Below, in pieces: positions 26,167 through 34,262 of a stretch of 64,000 bases of DNA (position 1 is the stretch's first letter; every line of letters starts with the position of its first letter). The position numbers and the translations under genes were made by a program. Under the pieces are notes generated by a model, which ran no database searches, was not told where the DNA came from, and saw nothing but the letters and a program-made list of their open reading frames with translations. This DNA comes from a virus (taxonomy: Duplodnaviria; Caudoviricetes), in IMG/VR virus record IMGVR_UViG_3300025389_000021, positions 1 through 64,000 of that record. One strand, given 5' to 3'.

Positions 26167-27004
26167 TTGTTAACTCCTTTAATTTTTTAATAATCTTAGG
26201 AGATAAAAAATCTTTTTCTACATAATGAAATAATTTATGTTGACGTATATTTCCCACTGTCAACTCGCCTGTAAAATTATATAGTACAGATTGTTGCCAA
26301 CTAGATTCACCAGTTTTCCAATTTTGTAAAGGTGTTTTCATATGGATAAATTCCATAGGATTTAATGAATCTAAAACTGTTTCATGGGCTCCTAGTATTT
26401 CTATCGTGATAGCTACTGCCAAGTCCATGCTGGGCCAATCTTGATAGTTTTCAGGAGCAAATTTAGTCCAGCACCATGCCCAATTATTACAAACAAATTC
26501 TAAAACTTTATAAAATTCTTGTGCATAATTACTTTTCTTAAAATAGTGTAATGCAAAATATGGACTAGATAACTTATTAGATACAAACGCTTTCCTATGC
26601 ACAGTATCAACAACAGTTTCTAATTTATGATTTTTGATCCTATTACAAAATTTAATATCATGATTACTGCAATAATCCCACCATAAAGATATATCATCTA
26701 GCATTAGCATATCGGTGTCTAATACAATAGTTTCATCATAGGGTGTTGCATAGTACATTTGATATCTGTGCTCAGTCTTAAACAAACTCGATAGTTCTGT
26801 ATTAAAATAAGGTATAGGAATTATCTGGTCAAATGCCGATTTATACTCTTCAGGAACAATATCGTTTGTTATTAAAGATATTTTATCGATGCTGTTCTGA
26901 GACAGTTTTATACTCAGCGCCAATGCGTAGGCTTGCTGAACATAATCAACATCTTCTGTATTTTGTGCTAGAACAAGAAATCCTTTAGACACCAGAACCT
27001 CCAT
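26159..27004 (-). CDS. GT-A glycosyltransferase (GT8/mannosyltransferase-like)
   Basis: GFLVLAQN...Y...AYALA.SI, FDQII, PYDETIVLDTD (DxD) and F.HMK. Confidence 0.65.
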   Translation of the reverse strand: MEVLVSKGFLVLAQNTEDVDYVQQAYALALSIKLSQNSIDKISLITNDIVPEEYKSAFDQIIPIPYFNTELSSLFKTEHRYQMYYATPYDETIVLDTDMLMLDDISLWWDYCSNHDIKFCNRIKNHKLETVVDTVHRKAFVSNKLSSPYFALHYFKKSNYAQEFYKVLEFVCNNWAWCWTKFAPENYQDWPSMDLAVAITIEILGAHETVLDSLNPMEFIHMKTPLQNWKTGESSWQQSVLYNFTGELTVGNIRQHKLFHYVEKDFLSPKIIKKLKELTNG

Positions 27005-27833
27005 CTATAAAACGACTAAGACTAAACTTGTTCATAACATGTACATCTAGTCCTGTTGTCTTTGCAAATATATATTCACCGTTATAGTCTTTCTTTTCTA
27101 CTAGAAATTTCATAGCATTGTCTTTCATTTCAACTAGTAGATCTTTGTCTTTTGTGTAAATCATCTTCCCTGGCAATTCAAATGCAAATGTTCCTTCGAC
27201 TTTAGAATTCATAATATGTATTGCAATACTAAATGCATAGTCATTTCTAAATAACGAAGCGTCAATACTATAAAGCATTTTGAAATAATCCCAATTGGCT
27301 CTAATGTAGGAAATCAAATCAAAAAACGATTCCATCATGGGATTCTTTTTGAATATAAAAGTGGTAGCCCAGTAAAATTTAATGCTGTACTCGTTGATTC
27401 TAATAAATTCATCTCTCGATCGCCAATCGGCTAAATCCATACTAGACGAATATATTTGAAAATCCAAATCTGCATCAAATGCTGATTTCAAAATATCACT
27501 GTTTATAATATAGTCACTGTCTATTACAAGAGTAGTATCGTATGGGCTTAAATTGTACGCTTGATTACGTGCAAAATTTTTCCACTCTAGTGTCTTTGAA
27601 AATATTGCTCCATCAAAAAAGGCTTTTCTTTGTGTAAGAGATGAATCGTGTACTTCAATAATTTGATCAAATGGATGATTGGGCTGACTTTCTGCCAACC
27701 AAGAAGGACTATCAGTGACTACACTAACCGGAACATCTAAATATTTTTTTGCCTGATTGGCGGCAAACACAGCTAGTTTTATATAATCAACACTAGAATT
27801 ATTCTGTGCAAAAATTAAGATACCATTGCTCAT
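26985..27833 (-). CDS. GT-A glycosyltransferase, paralogue of 26159..27004
   Basis: GILIFAQN...DY...A, FDQII, SPYDTTLVIDSD (DxD), FRND.AFSIA and H.MNK. Confidence 0.65.
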   Translation of the reverse strand: MSNGILIFAQNNSSVDYIKLAVFAANQAKKYLDVPVSVVTDSPSWLAESQPNHPFDQIIEVHDSSLTQRKAFFDGAIFSKTLEWKNFARNQAYNLSPYDTTLVIDSDYIINSDILKSAFDADLDFQIYSSSMDLADWRSRDEFIRINEYSIKFYWATTFIFKKNPMMESFFDLISYIRANWDYFKMLYSIDASLFRNDYAFSIAIHIMNSKVEGTFAFELPGKMIYTKDKDLLVEMKDNAMKFLVEKKDYNGEYIFAKTTGLDVHVMNKFSLSRFIDGGSGV

Positions 27834-28174
27834 AGTTCTACAATATCTGCAATTTTTCTTTTAGATTTGATATCTGAATATTTTTCAAAGTAATCTTGAG
27901 AAGCATCAGAGTATAATTGTATAATGTCAGCTAAGAATTTTTTAGGATTTGAAATTTTAACTGGAAGGTTATTTGAATCAACAAGTATTAAATCAAAAGG
28001 CCTGTCAGCCATTGTACTTACAAAACTAATTAAGTCCGGTGTTATTTTGAATGTTGCACCATCAATATAGTAAATTAGTTTTTGATTGTATTCTTCTAAA
28101 ATTATGCGTTTTTGATTAGCCAAAGTGGCCATATAACTAGCCACTGCAAACGCTTTTTCAATTCTTTCATCCAT
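27830..28174 (-). CDS. Hypothetical protein, possibly tail-fibre-chaperone-like
   Basis: 114 aa with a GGAG SD. The helix-'GATFK'-'ILVD.N..P' layout is reminiscent of DUF4376-type chaperones (weak). Confidence 0.55.
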   Translation of the reverse strand: MDERIEKAFAVASYMATLANQKRIILEEYNQKLIYYIDGATFKITPDLISFVSTMADRPFDLILVDSNNLPVKISNPKKFLADIIQLYSDASQDYFEKYSDIKSKRKIADIVEL

Positions 28175-28184
28175 ATTAAACTCC

Positions 28185-28228
28185 GTAGTGTACTATGATA
28201 ACACTACAGTAGTTAGCTTGTCAAGCTA
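28185..28228 (-). promoter_or_regulatory. Sigma70-type promoter for the GT operon, overlaid by two inverted repeats
   Basis: Minus strand TTGACA-18 nt-(TGn)TATCAT. Inverted repeat TAGCTTG-t-CAAGCTA at 28214-28228 and GTAGTGT...ACACTAC at 28185-28207. Confidence 0.5.
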
Positions 28229-28236
28229 TTAGAGTA

Positions 28237-29433
28237 TTAAGAAGCTGAAAAACTATTTGTAGTCACTGTCGGAAGAGTAGCGGCTACTGCTGATCCACTA
28301 GCATAATATGCTTGGACCGAACTGGTCAATGTACCAGTAACATATTCATCAATACCGTAAGTTGGACTGTGTCCCGATACCGTTGATTGGTCTTGGAATT
28401 GAATACTAAAAGTAATTGCCGAACCACTTGTGCTTGCAATTAAATCGTATTGATTTGGTGTATATGCAGGACTTGCTGTAGTTTTATTTAACAAGGTTAC
28501 TGGGCCACTGGTTAACCCATAAAAACCTGTATTAGATAAAATACTATTGTAGCTACCATTACAACTTGTACTGTTGTAATTAAATGTTACAGTTTTCAAA
28601 GCTGTTAATAGTGTGTTCCAGTCTTGTGATTTGGCATAGCCCGGGTCTGTAGGTTGATAACCAGTTAATCCAGCTGAAAATGTAAAGTACCCGCCTGAAT
28701 TAAAAAATGCCTTCAAGGCGTCTGTTGAAGACCACGTCAATACTAATGTATGAGTAGCTTGAGTTTTCCATGGTGTTGTATTGCTAGCTGTTGGACTTCC
28801 TGCAATGGAAACTAAACTACTTTGTCCTGAAGCGGCAATGGCCAAGGGATTATTATTGATAGAATTAGCTAACGCAAGAAATTTGGCAAAGTCTGCGGCA
28901 TTGATAGATCCACCTGCATTTGCACCTGCTTTTGTTGCTACGCTTGGGCTGGGTAAAGAACCAATACTCCCTTGGTGAGTGTAGGCGTTGAGTAAATCTG
29001 TTCTAAGATTATTCCACTGTACTGCTGTAATTTGTGTAGTTCCGGCCGCTAGAGTTGAAGATGCTAACAAAGTTTGATTATATCCGTACGGGTTTGGTAA
29101 AGATCCGGAAGGAGTTCCCATAACTTTACTTGTTATTCCCTGAATGTAATTATAATCAGCGGCAGTGATTACAGCCGCAGTGCTTCCTGCAAAAGTTGAC
29201 GGAGTAGAGGATGTTCCAACGGCTTGACTATTACTAACAGTATATGTTCCTGTTCCGCCAGTTCCTGATATAAATGCAAGAATATGGGTATTTGAAACTA
29301 CGGATGTGCCGGTTACAGCCATTCCTAAAATTATTGTGGCAGTAGGGGTAGAAGTTACTGTCAAAATGGTGCCTGCGGTTCCGCTAGTACCGTTACTAAT
29401 ATAACCTTGAAATGATGTAAGGGTTGCCGCCAT
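28237..29433 (-). CDS. Ser/Thr/Gly-rich virion structural protein
   Basis: Paralogous to 29490..30395 (ADYN, YGYNQT, W..LRTD..NAY.H, FFN.GG, K..DW..LL) with an extra N-terminal module. Confidence 0.6.
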   Translation of the reverse strand: MAATLTSFQGYISNGTSGTAGTILTVTSTPTATIILGMAVTGTSVVSNTHILAFISGTGGTGTYTVSNSQAVGTSSTPSTFAGSTAAVITAADYNYIQGITSKVMGTPSGSLPNPYGYNQTLLASSTLAAGTTQITAVQWNNLRTDLLNAYTHQGSIGSLPSPSVATKAGANAGGSINAADFAKFLALANSINNNPLAIAASGQSSLVSIAGSPTASNTTPWKTQATHTLVLTWSSTDALKAFFNSGGYFTFSAGLTGYQPTDPGYAKSQDWNTLLTALKTVTFNYNSTSCNGSYNSILSNTGFYGLTSGPVTLLNKTTASPAYTPNQYDLIASTSGSAITFSIQFQDQSTVSGHSPTYGIDEYVTGTLTSSVQAYYASGSAVAATLPTVTTNSFSAS

Positions 29434-29457
29434 AAGTGCCTTTTAATAAATTCAGTT

Positions 29458-29465
29458 TATTTATA
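29458..29465 (-). promoter_or_regulatory. T4-type late promoter TATAAATA
   Basis: Exact TATAAATA on the - strand, 24 nt upstream of the ATG at 29433. Confidence 0.55.
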
Positions 29466-29489
29466 ACCACATGGTTAGTGGTTGTAAAT

Positions 29490-30395
29490 TTACGGCCCAG
29501 TTGCTAGGACGCTAGGTAATGCTGACTGAACGTTTGATCCGGTCGAATAATACGCCTGAACTGTACTGGTCAAAGTTCCTTCCACATTTTCGTCAACACT
29601 AGGATTTCCGCCTGCTAGATCTTTGAACGCAATAGATACATTCAAAACACTTCCGTCAGAACTAGTGCTTAAATAAATGTCATACTGATTAGGAAAATAT
29701 GTAACAGTTGATGCACCCTTTTGAAATACCTGAGTGCTAGTAGTTGTTAATTGATAAAATCCAGTACTTGCACTAATAGTTGTATAAGATCCTGAGCTGG
29801 ATACACCGCCATAACCTAAAGTAATGGTTCCCATATCACTTAATAATTTAGCCCAATCTGCATTTTTTTGAGCACTGCCATCTGCTGGATAACCACTTAA
29901 ACTAGCACTCATACGGATCTGTCCGCCAGCATTAAAAAATCCTCTAGCCGAATTTCTGTCAGGCCATGTTAATGTTATATTGTGCGTTACTGTGCCGTTC
30001 CAAGCAGTTGTTCTTGTTCCAATAGACAATGTTTGTAAACTAGCTTGACCTCCTGGAGGAGTTGTAGTTGATGCCGCATAGGTGGCATTCAATATTGCTA
30101 GATAATTATTGTAATCGGTAGCTGTTACTTTTTTTGCGTTGGTTGGCACTGTAGGAATTGTTAAATTGCCTGGGGTACCAATATGATTATAAGCATTTAC
30201 AATGTCAGTTCTAAGTGCTATCCAATCTGATAATTTTATTGGAGGATATTTTCCACCAACTGCGACTATTTGATTACTGTTTACTGTTTGATTGTATCCG
30301 TAAATGCCGGCGCCAACACCCATAATAGTGCTAACTGTGGACTGCAACACATTGTAATCACTAGCATAAATTTTTGCGCCTGTTAATACTGCCAT
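29490..30395 (-). CDS. Ser/Thr/Gly-rich virion structural protein
   Basis: In the tail-fibre block. Paralogue of 28237..29433. Confidence 0.6.
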   Translation of the reverse strand: MAVLTGAKIYASDYNVLQSTVSTIMGVGAGIYGYNQTVNSNQIVAVGGKYPPIKLSDWIALRTDIVNAYNHIGTPGNLTIPTVPTNAKKVTATDYNNYLAILNATYAASTTTPPGGQASLQTLSIGTRTTAWNGTVTHNITLTWPDRNSARGFFNAGGQIRMSASLSGYPADGSAQKNADWAKLLSDMGTITLGYGGVSSSGSYTTISASTGFYQLTTTSTQVFQKGASTVTYFPNQYDIYLSTSSDGSVLNVSIAFKDLAGGNPSVDENVEGTLTSTVQAYYSTGSNVQSALPSVLATGP

Positions 30396-30404
30396 ATTCT
30401 TTCC

Positions 30405-30740
30405 TTATATCAAAGCACATTCAATCAAATGTACACCACTACCGTCTAATTGGTCCTGCATAGCTACTGCAAATACATCAGCATTTACACCAAAAGTTGG
30501 ATCTATAGCTACTCCGTAGCCAACACCTGCTACTATTTTAGTACCCTGTGCAATAGCTCCAGCCACTAGCATGTTTACACGACCAGATAATTTTACATTA
30601 ACACCGTCTTCCAGTATTTCAATAATTACACCTACAGGCAAGTCCCCTATGTTACAGGCTGTAACTTCTGAACTTGTACCTATTGACACCACAGTGCCTA
30701 CTGGATACGGTTGGTCTGGTGAATATTTTTCTATTGTCAT
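30405..30740 (-). CDS. Stand-alone copy of the tail-fibre C-terminal (peptidase G2/intramolecular-chaperone-like) domain
   Basis: EKY...Y.VGTVVSIG...EVTAC..GD...GRV...DVFAVA...LIEC, which aligns by eye with the C-terminus of 30748..32277. Confidence 0.6.
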   Translation of the reverse strand: MTIEKYSPDQPYPVGTVVSIGTSSEVTACNIGDLPVGVIIEILEDGVNVKLSGRVNMLVAGAIAQGTKIVAGVGYGVAIDPTFGVNADVFAVAMQDQLDGSGVHLIECALI

Positions 30741-30747
30741 AAACTAC

Positions 30748-32277
30748 TTATAATATTATACATTCAACTAATTTGATTTCTTCATCATCACTAGATCCAA
30801 GTGCAATAGCAAACACATCTTGATGACCATGATTAATAGCTACTCCGCAACCAGTTGATTCTGCAATAATTCTATCACCTTTACTAACTGGGCCTTTGAT
30901 TTTAACTGGAACTCGACCTTTGAGTGCAATGTACAATCCGCCTTTCAAAGTTTGATTCATCATATATGCTGGATTTGCACTAACTGCACCCAACGCACGA
31001 TCTCCTGATCGGCAAGCTGTAACCTCTTGTGTTCCGCCCACTGATACAACCGTGCCTACTTCGTATTCTTTATCACAAAGATATTTTTCTGCTAGGTCAG
31101 CATAGTCTGCGCTAGTTGCTGTACCATTAAATGTTGTAGCAAAAATTGTGTTAGTAGCATCGCGGGCGGCAATAGTACTAGCCACATTTGCTGTACTAGC
31201 TGAAACAAAAGTTCCATTTAGATTCAAATTATTTGCATTTGTAGCTGTACCTAAAAAGTTAATAGCATACACATTGTTCCATTGATATGTAGAACTACCA
31301 ATATTGTTTACTCCGCTACTAAAAGGATTTCCTGCCGAACTTCCTCCTGGAAGAAGATCTGATCCCTTAATGCTAAGAGGATATAGTAAAGATTGACTAG
31401 CACTTGTTGTTTGAAATACTATCGTATCGGTTACTGTTCCTTGCACTGTAGGATTATTACTGGTTGCATTTGTAAAAACTTTTAATGGTGGAGTTCCAGA
31501 TCCAACTGTATAGCCCTGTGGAAAATTCACAATACTAGTGAATACTGGACTGGCGGCTTTTACATAAGCACTATCCGATAGTCCTGCTAATTTATCAGAG
31601 TTTGTAGCTGTTCCCCAAAATCTATGATTAACACTTGGATTTGTCACTCCAGCCACTGCACCTGTTGCGTTGCTATCAGTATATGCTAGGGTGATACCTT
31701 GTTGTATACGTCCAAAACCTGTAATAGAATTAATAGAATTGTTAAGTGTAAACGCAGGATCTGCACTTATAATAAAAATTGTTTGATTATTATCAATAGC
31801 TTGTATAATTGCATGAGTCGTACCGTTAGTATCTTGCACTGTTGTAGACTGCATTTGTGTAAGGCCTGCGCCTGCCACGCCTTGTGGGCCAATTAATTTG
31901 TAAGGAGTTACTGGATCACTTGTATATGCAAATAATTGATTGGTAGTAGTATTAAACCAGAAGTCACCAACTGTTAAACCAGTAGGACTTGTTGGGCCAA
32001 TTGCCGCTCCGCCTGTTGTTCTCCAATTTGTACCGTCAAAAAACTTTAATTTAGTTGCACCAGGAGTACTATCAAACCATATTTGTCCAGCCAATGGATG
32101 TGGAGGCTGTGTTGTATTGGCAAAATTCTCCAGCAACCACACAAAATTATCATTTTGAGCTTGTCCATAGCCAGCGTAGTTTTTACCTACTAGCGTCAAA
32201 TCAGTGCTGGTATCAACTGTACCGTCTGCAACTGTTGCTAGTAATGTTCCATTATAATGAGTAATCGTATATGACAT
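30748..32277 (-). CDS. Tail fibre/spike protein with C-terminal chaperone-like domain
   Basis: Shared N-domain L.LVGKNY.GYG...NF..LLENFA...P..GQ.W.D. C-terminal YADLAEKY...GRVPVK..G.V.KGD. Confidence 0.7.
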   Translation of the reverse strand: MSYTITHYNGTLLATVADGTVDTSTDLTLVGKNYAGYGQAQNDNFVWLLENFANTTQPPHPLAGQIWFDSTPGATKLKFFDGTNWRTTGGAAIGPTSPTGLTVGDFWFNTTTNQLFAYTSDPVTPYKLIGPQGVAGAGLTQMQSTTVQDTNGTTHAIIQAIDNNQTIFIISADPAFTLNNSINSITGFGRIQQGITLAYTDSNATGAVAGVTNPSVNHRFWGTATNSDKLAGLSDSAYVKAASPVFTSIVNFPQGYTVGSGTPPLKVFTNATSNNPTVQGTVTDTIVFQTTSASQSLLYPLSIKGSDLLPGGSSAGNPFSSGVNNIGSSTYQWNNVYAINFLGTATNANNLNLNGTFVSASTANVASTIAARDATNTIFATTFNGTATSADYADLAEKYLCDKEYEVGTVVSVGGTQEVTACRSGDRALGAVSANPAYMMNQTLKGGLYIALKGRVPVKIKGPVSKGDRIIAESTGCGVAINHGHQDVFAIALGSSDDEEIKLVECIIL

Positions 32278-32294
32278 CGTGTCGTTCCTTATTC

Positions 32295-32306
32295 CTTGTA
32301 TTTATG
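32295..32306 (-). promoter_or_regulatory. Late-promoter-like ATAAATACAAG
   Basis: The same 11-mer occurs upstream of the genes starting at 32277, 37112 and 60385. Confidence 0.5.
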
Positions 32307-32327
32307 CAGTTTTAGACGTTAAAATTT

Positions 32328-34262
32328 TTACGCTAAATCAAGCTCCCATGTCCAAACACCTGCTTGTAGTGCATAAAGTTTAATGACTCCATTACTACAT
32401 TGCACCCTACAAAGAGTATTTGGTCGATGCTCGCCTGGAGGAAATATTCTTTGTAACAAATTTGTACCAATTTCAGCGTCAGATAACCCAGTGGTAACTA
32501 ACCCAATGCCTAAAGATGCGCTGGCAATAGCTGTATCTACATAGTTCTTACTAGCGGCATCTTGATTATCAGTAGGGTCTGCTATATTCTTAATTTGCGC
32601 ACTGGATACTCCAATATATCCTGATCCTTTTGGTTGTAAAGTAATATTTCCAGATACTTGAATACTGTTGTAGGCAATGGTACTGCCGGTAATACTAAGA
32701 TTTGATACTGCTAGACTAGTCAGTGTACCAACGCTAACTACACCAGGTGCCGCAGTAACATTAGTTCCTAAACTGAATTGTGTATTACCAGAATTAACTG
32801 TAACTACTGGCTGTGCATTAAGATAATATCCTGCGCCAGATCCTGAAGTTCCAACGTTAATAAAGTCTGAAAAATTCCAATAACCTGTGTTAGAACTAGC
32901 ACTACTAGTGTTTGCTGTACTATTCCATGCAATAAGTTTGTTGGTTGCACCATCTAATGTAATACCACCGCCGCTAGCTGTGGTGTCAGTTGGGGAAGCC
33001 ACTTTGCCTAGTTCGATATTTTTATCAGCTATAGTAACGACAGTACTGCTTATTGTTTCTGTAGTTCCCAATACTGTTAAGTTGCCTTCAATTATAACAT
33101 CGCCAGCTACATCTAACATGGCTGTTGGATTAGCTGTATAAATTCCCACACGCTGAGTGTTTGTGTTAATATACAAACTATTAGACAACGTGCCTGTGCT
33201 GTTTTTTAAGTTGATTCCAAAGTTTTGCCCTAATGCATTTGAATTTAGGGTAAATGTATTAGAGTTTGAATCAATTAATACCGACATGTTCGATGCCGCA
33301 CCAAGCACTAGTGGATTGTTATTTTGTATACTCAATGTTCCGCTAGTAGTATTATTGTCGCTAGTAGTTAAGAAACTTTCTGCTGTTTTTAGACTACCGT
33401 TTGCGGCTAATAAACTTTGAGCTTGACTTACTAGACCACTGTAAATAATACCTGGATAAGATCCAGTATTAAATCCAATTTTAATAATATCGCTTGTGGC
33501 AATTATGGTTATTGGAGAATTAGCACTACCAATAATATTACTTGTACTAACAGTATATGTTCCAGCACCGCCAATTGTTCCAGAGGTTTGGTTTGTAATT
33601 GTAGTGTTTGCAATAACATTTGCGCCACTGAGTGTTTGATTTACTACAATAGTTCCAGATGTTACAGATTTAACTGTAAGTACGTTAGCAACTTGATATC
33701 CTACAAAAGTCGCAGTACTGGTAAATCCAGGAATAGTACTGGCAGGGATAAAATTATCTTTACTGTATATTCCTATAATAGTTGCGCCAACATATAGCAC
33801 AACAACAGTATGTGATACACCGTTAACGTCAATAATAGTTTCTACGTTAAAACCACTAACGCCTTGCCCTCGAGTATAGACTGGCCCTGCCAGTGTTGTT
33901 GCTGTGCCGTCATTAAACCATAATTGTCCGTTAGCACTATCAATCCATAAATCGCCAGATGTTATACTGCTAGGAACTGAATTTGAAACAATAGTACCAC
34001 TCGTAACTGCGAATGTAGTGCCGTTATATACTTTTAATCTGTTTTGTCCAGTATCGTACCATAGTTGTCCAGTCAATGGATTGTTAGGTTGTGTAGTATT
34101 AGCAAAGTTTTCTAATAGATATGTAAAATTGTCATTTAGAAAAACACCATACCCTGTTGAATTTTTACCAATCAATGCAATATCGAGTACGCCCTGTTTG
34201 ATTATTCCGTCAGGAATAGTGTATTTTAGTGTGCCGTTTGTTAGATAAAGTTGATAACTCAT
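32328..34262 (-). CDS. Tail fibre-like protein
   Basis: Same N-domain as both neighbours. Fibre motifs RVGI.T.NP...LDV.G and I.NIADPT..QDAASKNYVD. Confidence 0.7.
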   Translation of the reverse strand: MSYQLYLTNGTLKYTIPDGIIKQGVLDIALIGKNSTGYGVFLNDNFTYLLENFANTTQPNNPLTGQLWYDTGQNRLKVYNGTTFAVTSGTIVSNSVPSSITSGDLWIDSANGQLWFNDGTATTLAGPVYTRGQGVSGFNVETIIDVNGVSHTVVVLYVGATIIGIYSKDNFIPASTIPGFTSTATFVGYQVANVLTVKSVTSGTIVVNQTLSGANVIANTTITNQTSGTIGGAGTYTVSTSNIIGSANSPITIIATSDIIKIGFNTGSYPGIIYSGLVSQAQSLLAANGSLKTAESFLTTSDNNTTSGTLSIQNNNPLVLGAASNMSVLIDSNSNTFTLNSNALGQNFGINLKNSTGTLSNSLYINTNTQRVGIYTANPTAMLDVAGDVIIEGNLTVLGTTETISSTVVTIADKNIELGKVASPTDTTASGGGITLDGATNKLIAWNSTANTSSASSNTGYWNFSDFINVGTSGSGAGYYLNAQPVVTVNSGNTQFSLGTNVTAAPGVVSVGTLTSLAVSNLSITGSTIAYNSIQVSGNITLQPKGSGYIGVSSAQIKNIADPTDNQDAASKNYVDTAIASASLGIGLVTTGLSDAEIGTNLLQRIFPPGEHRPNTLCRVQCSNGVIKLYALQAGVWTWELDLA

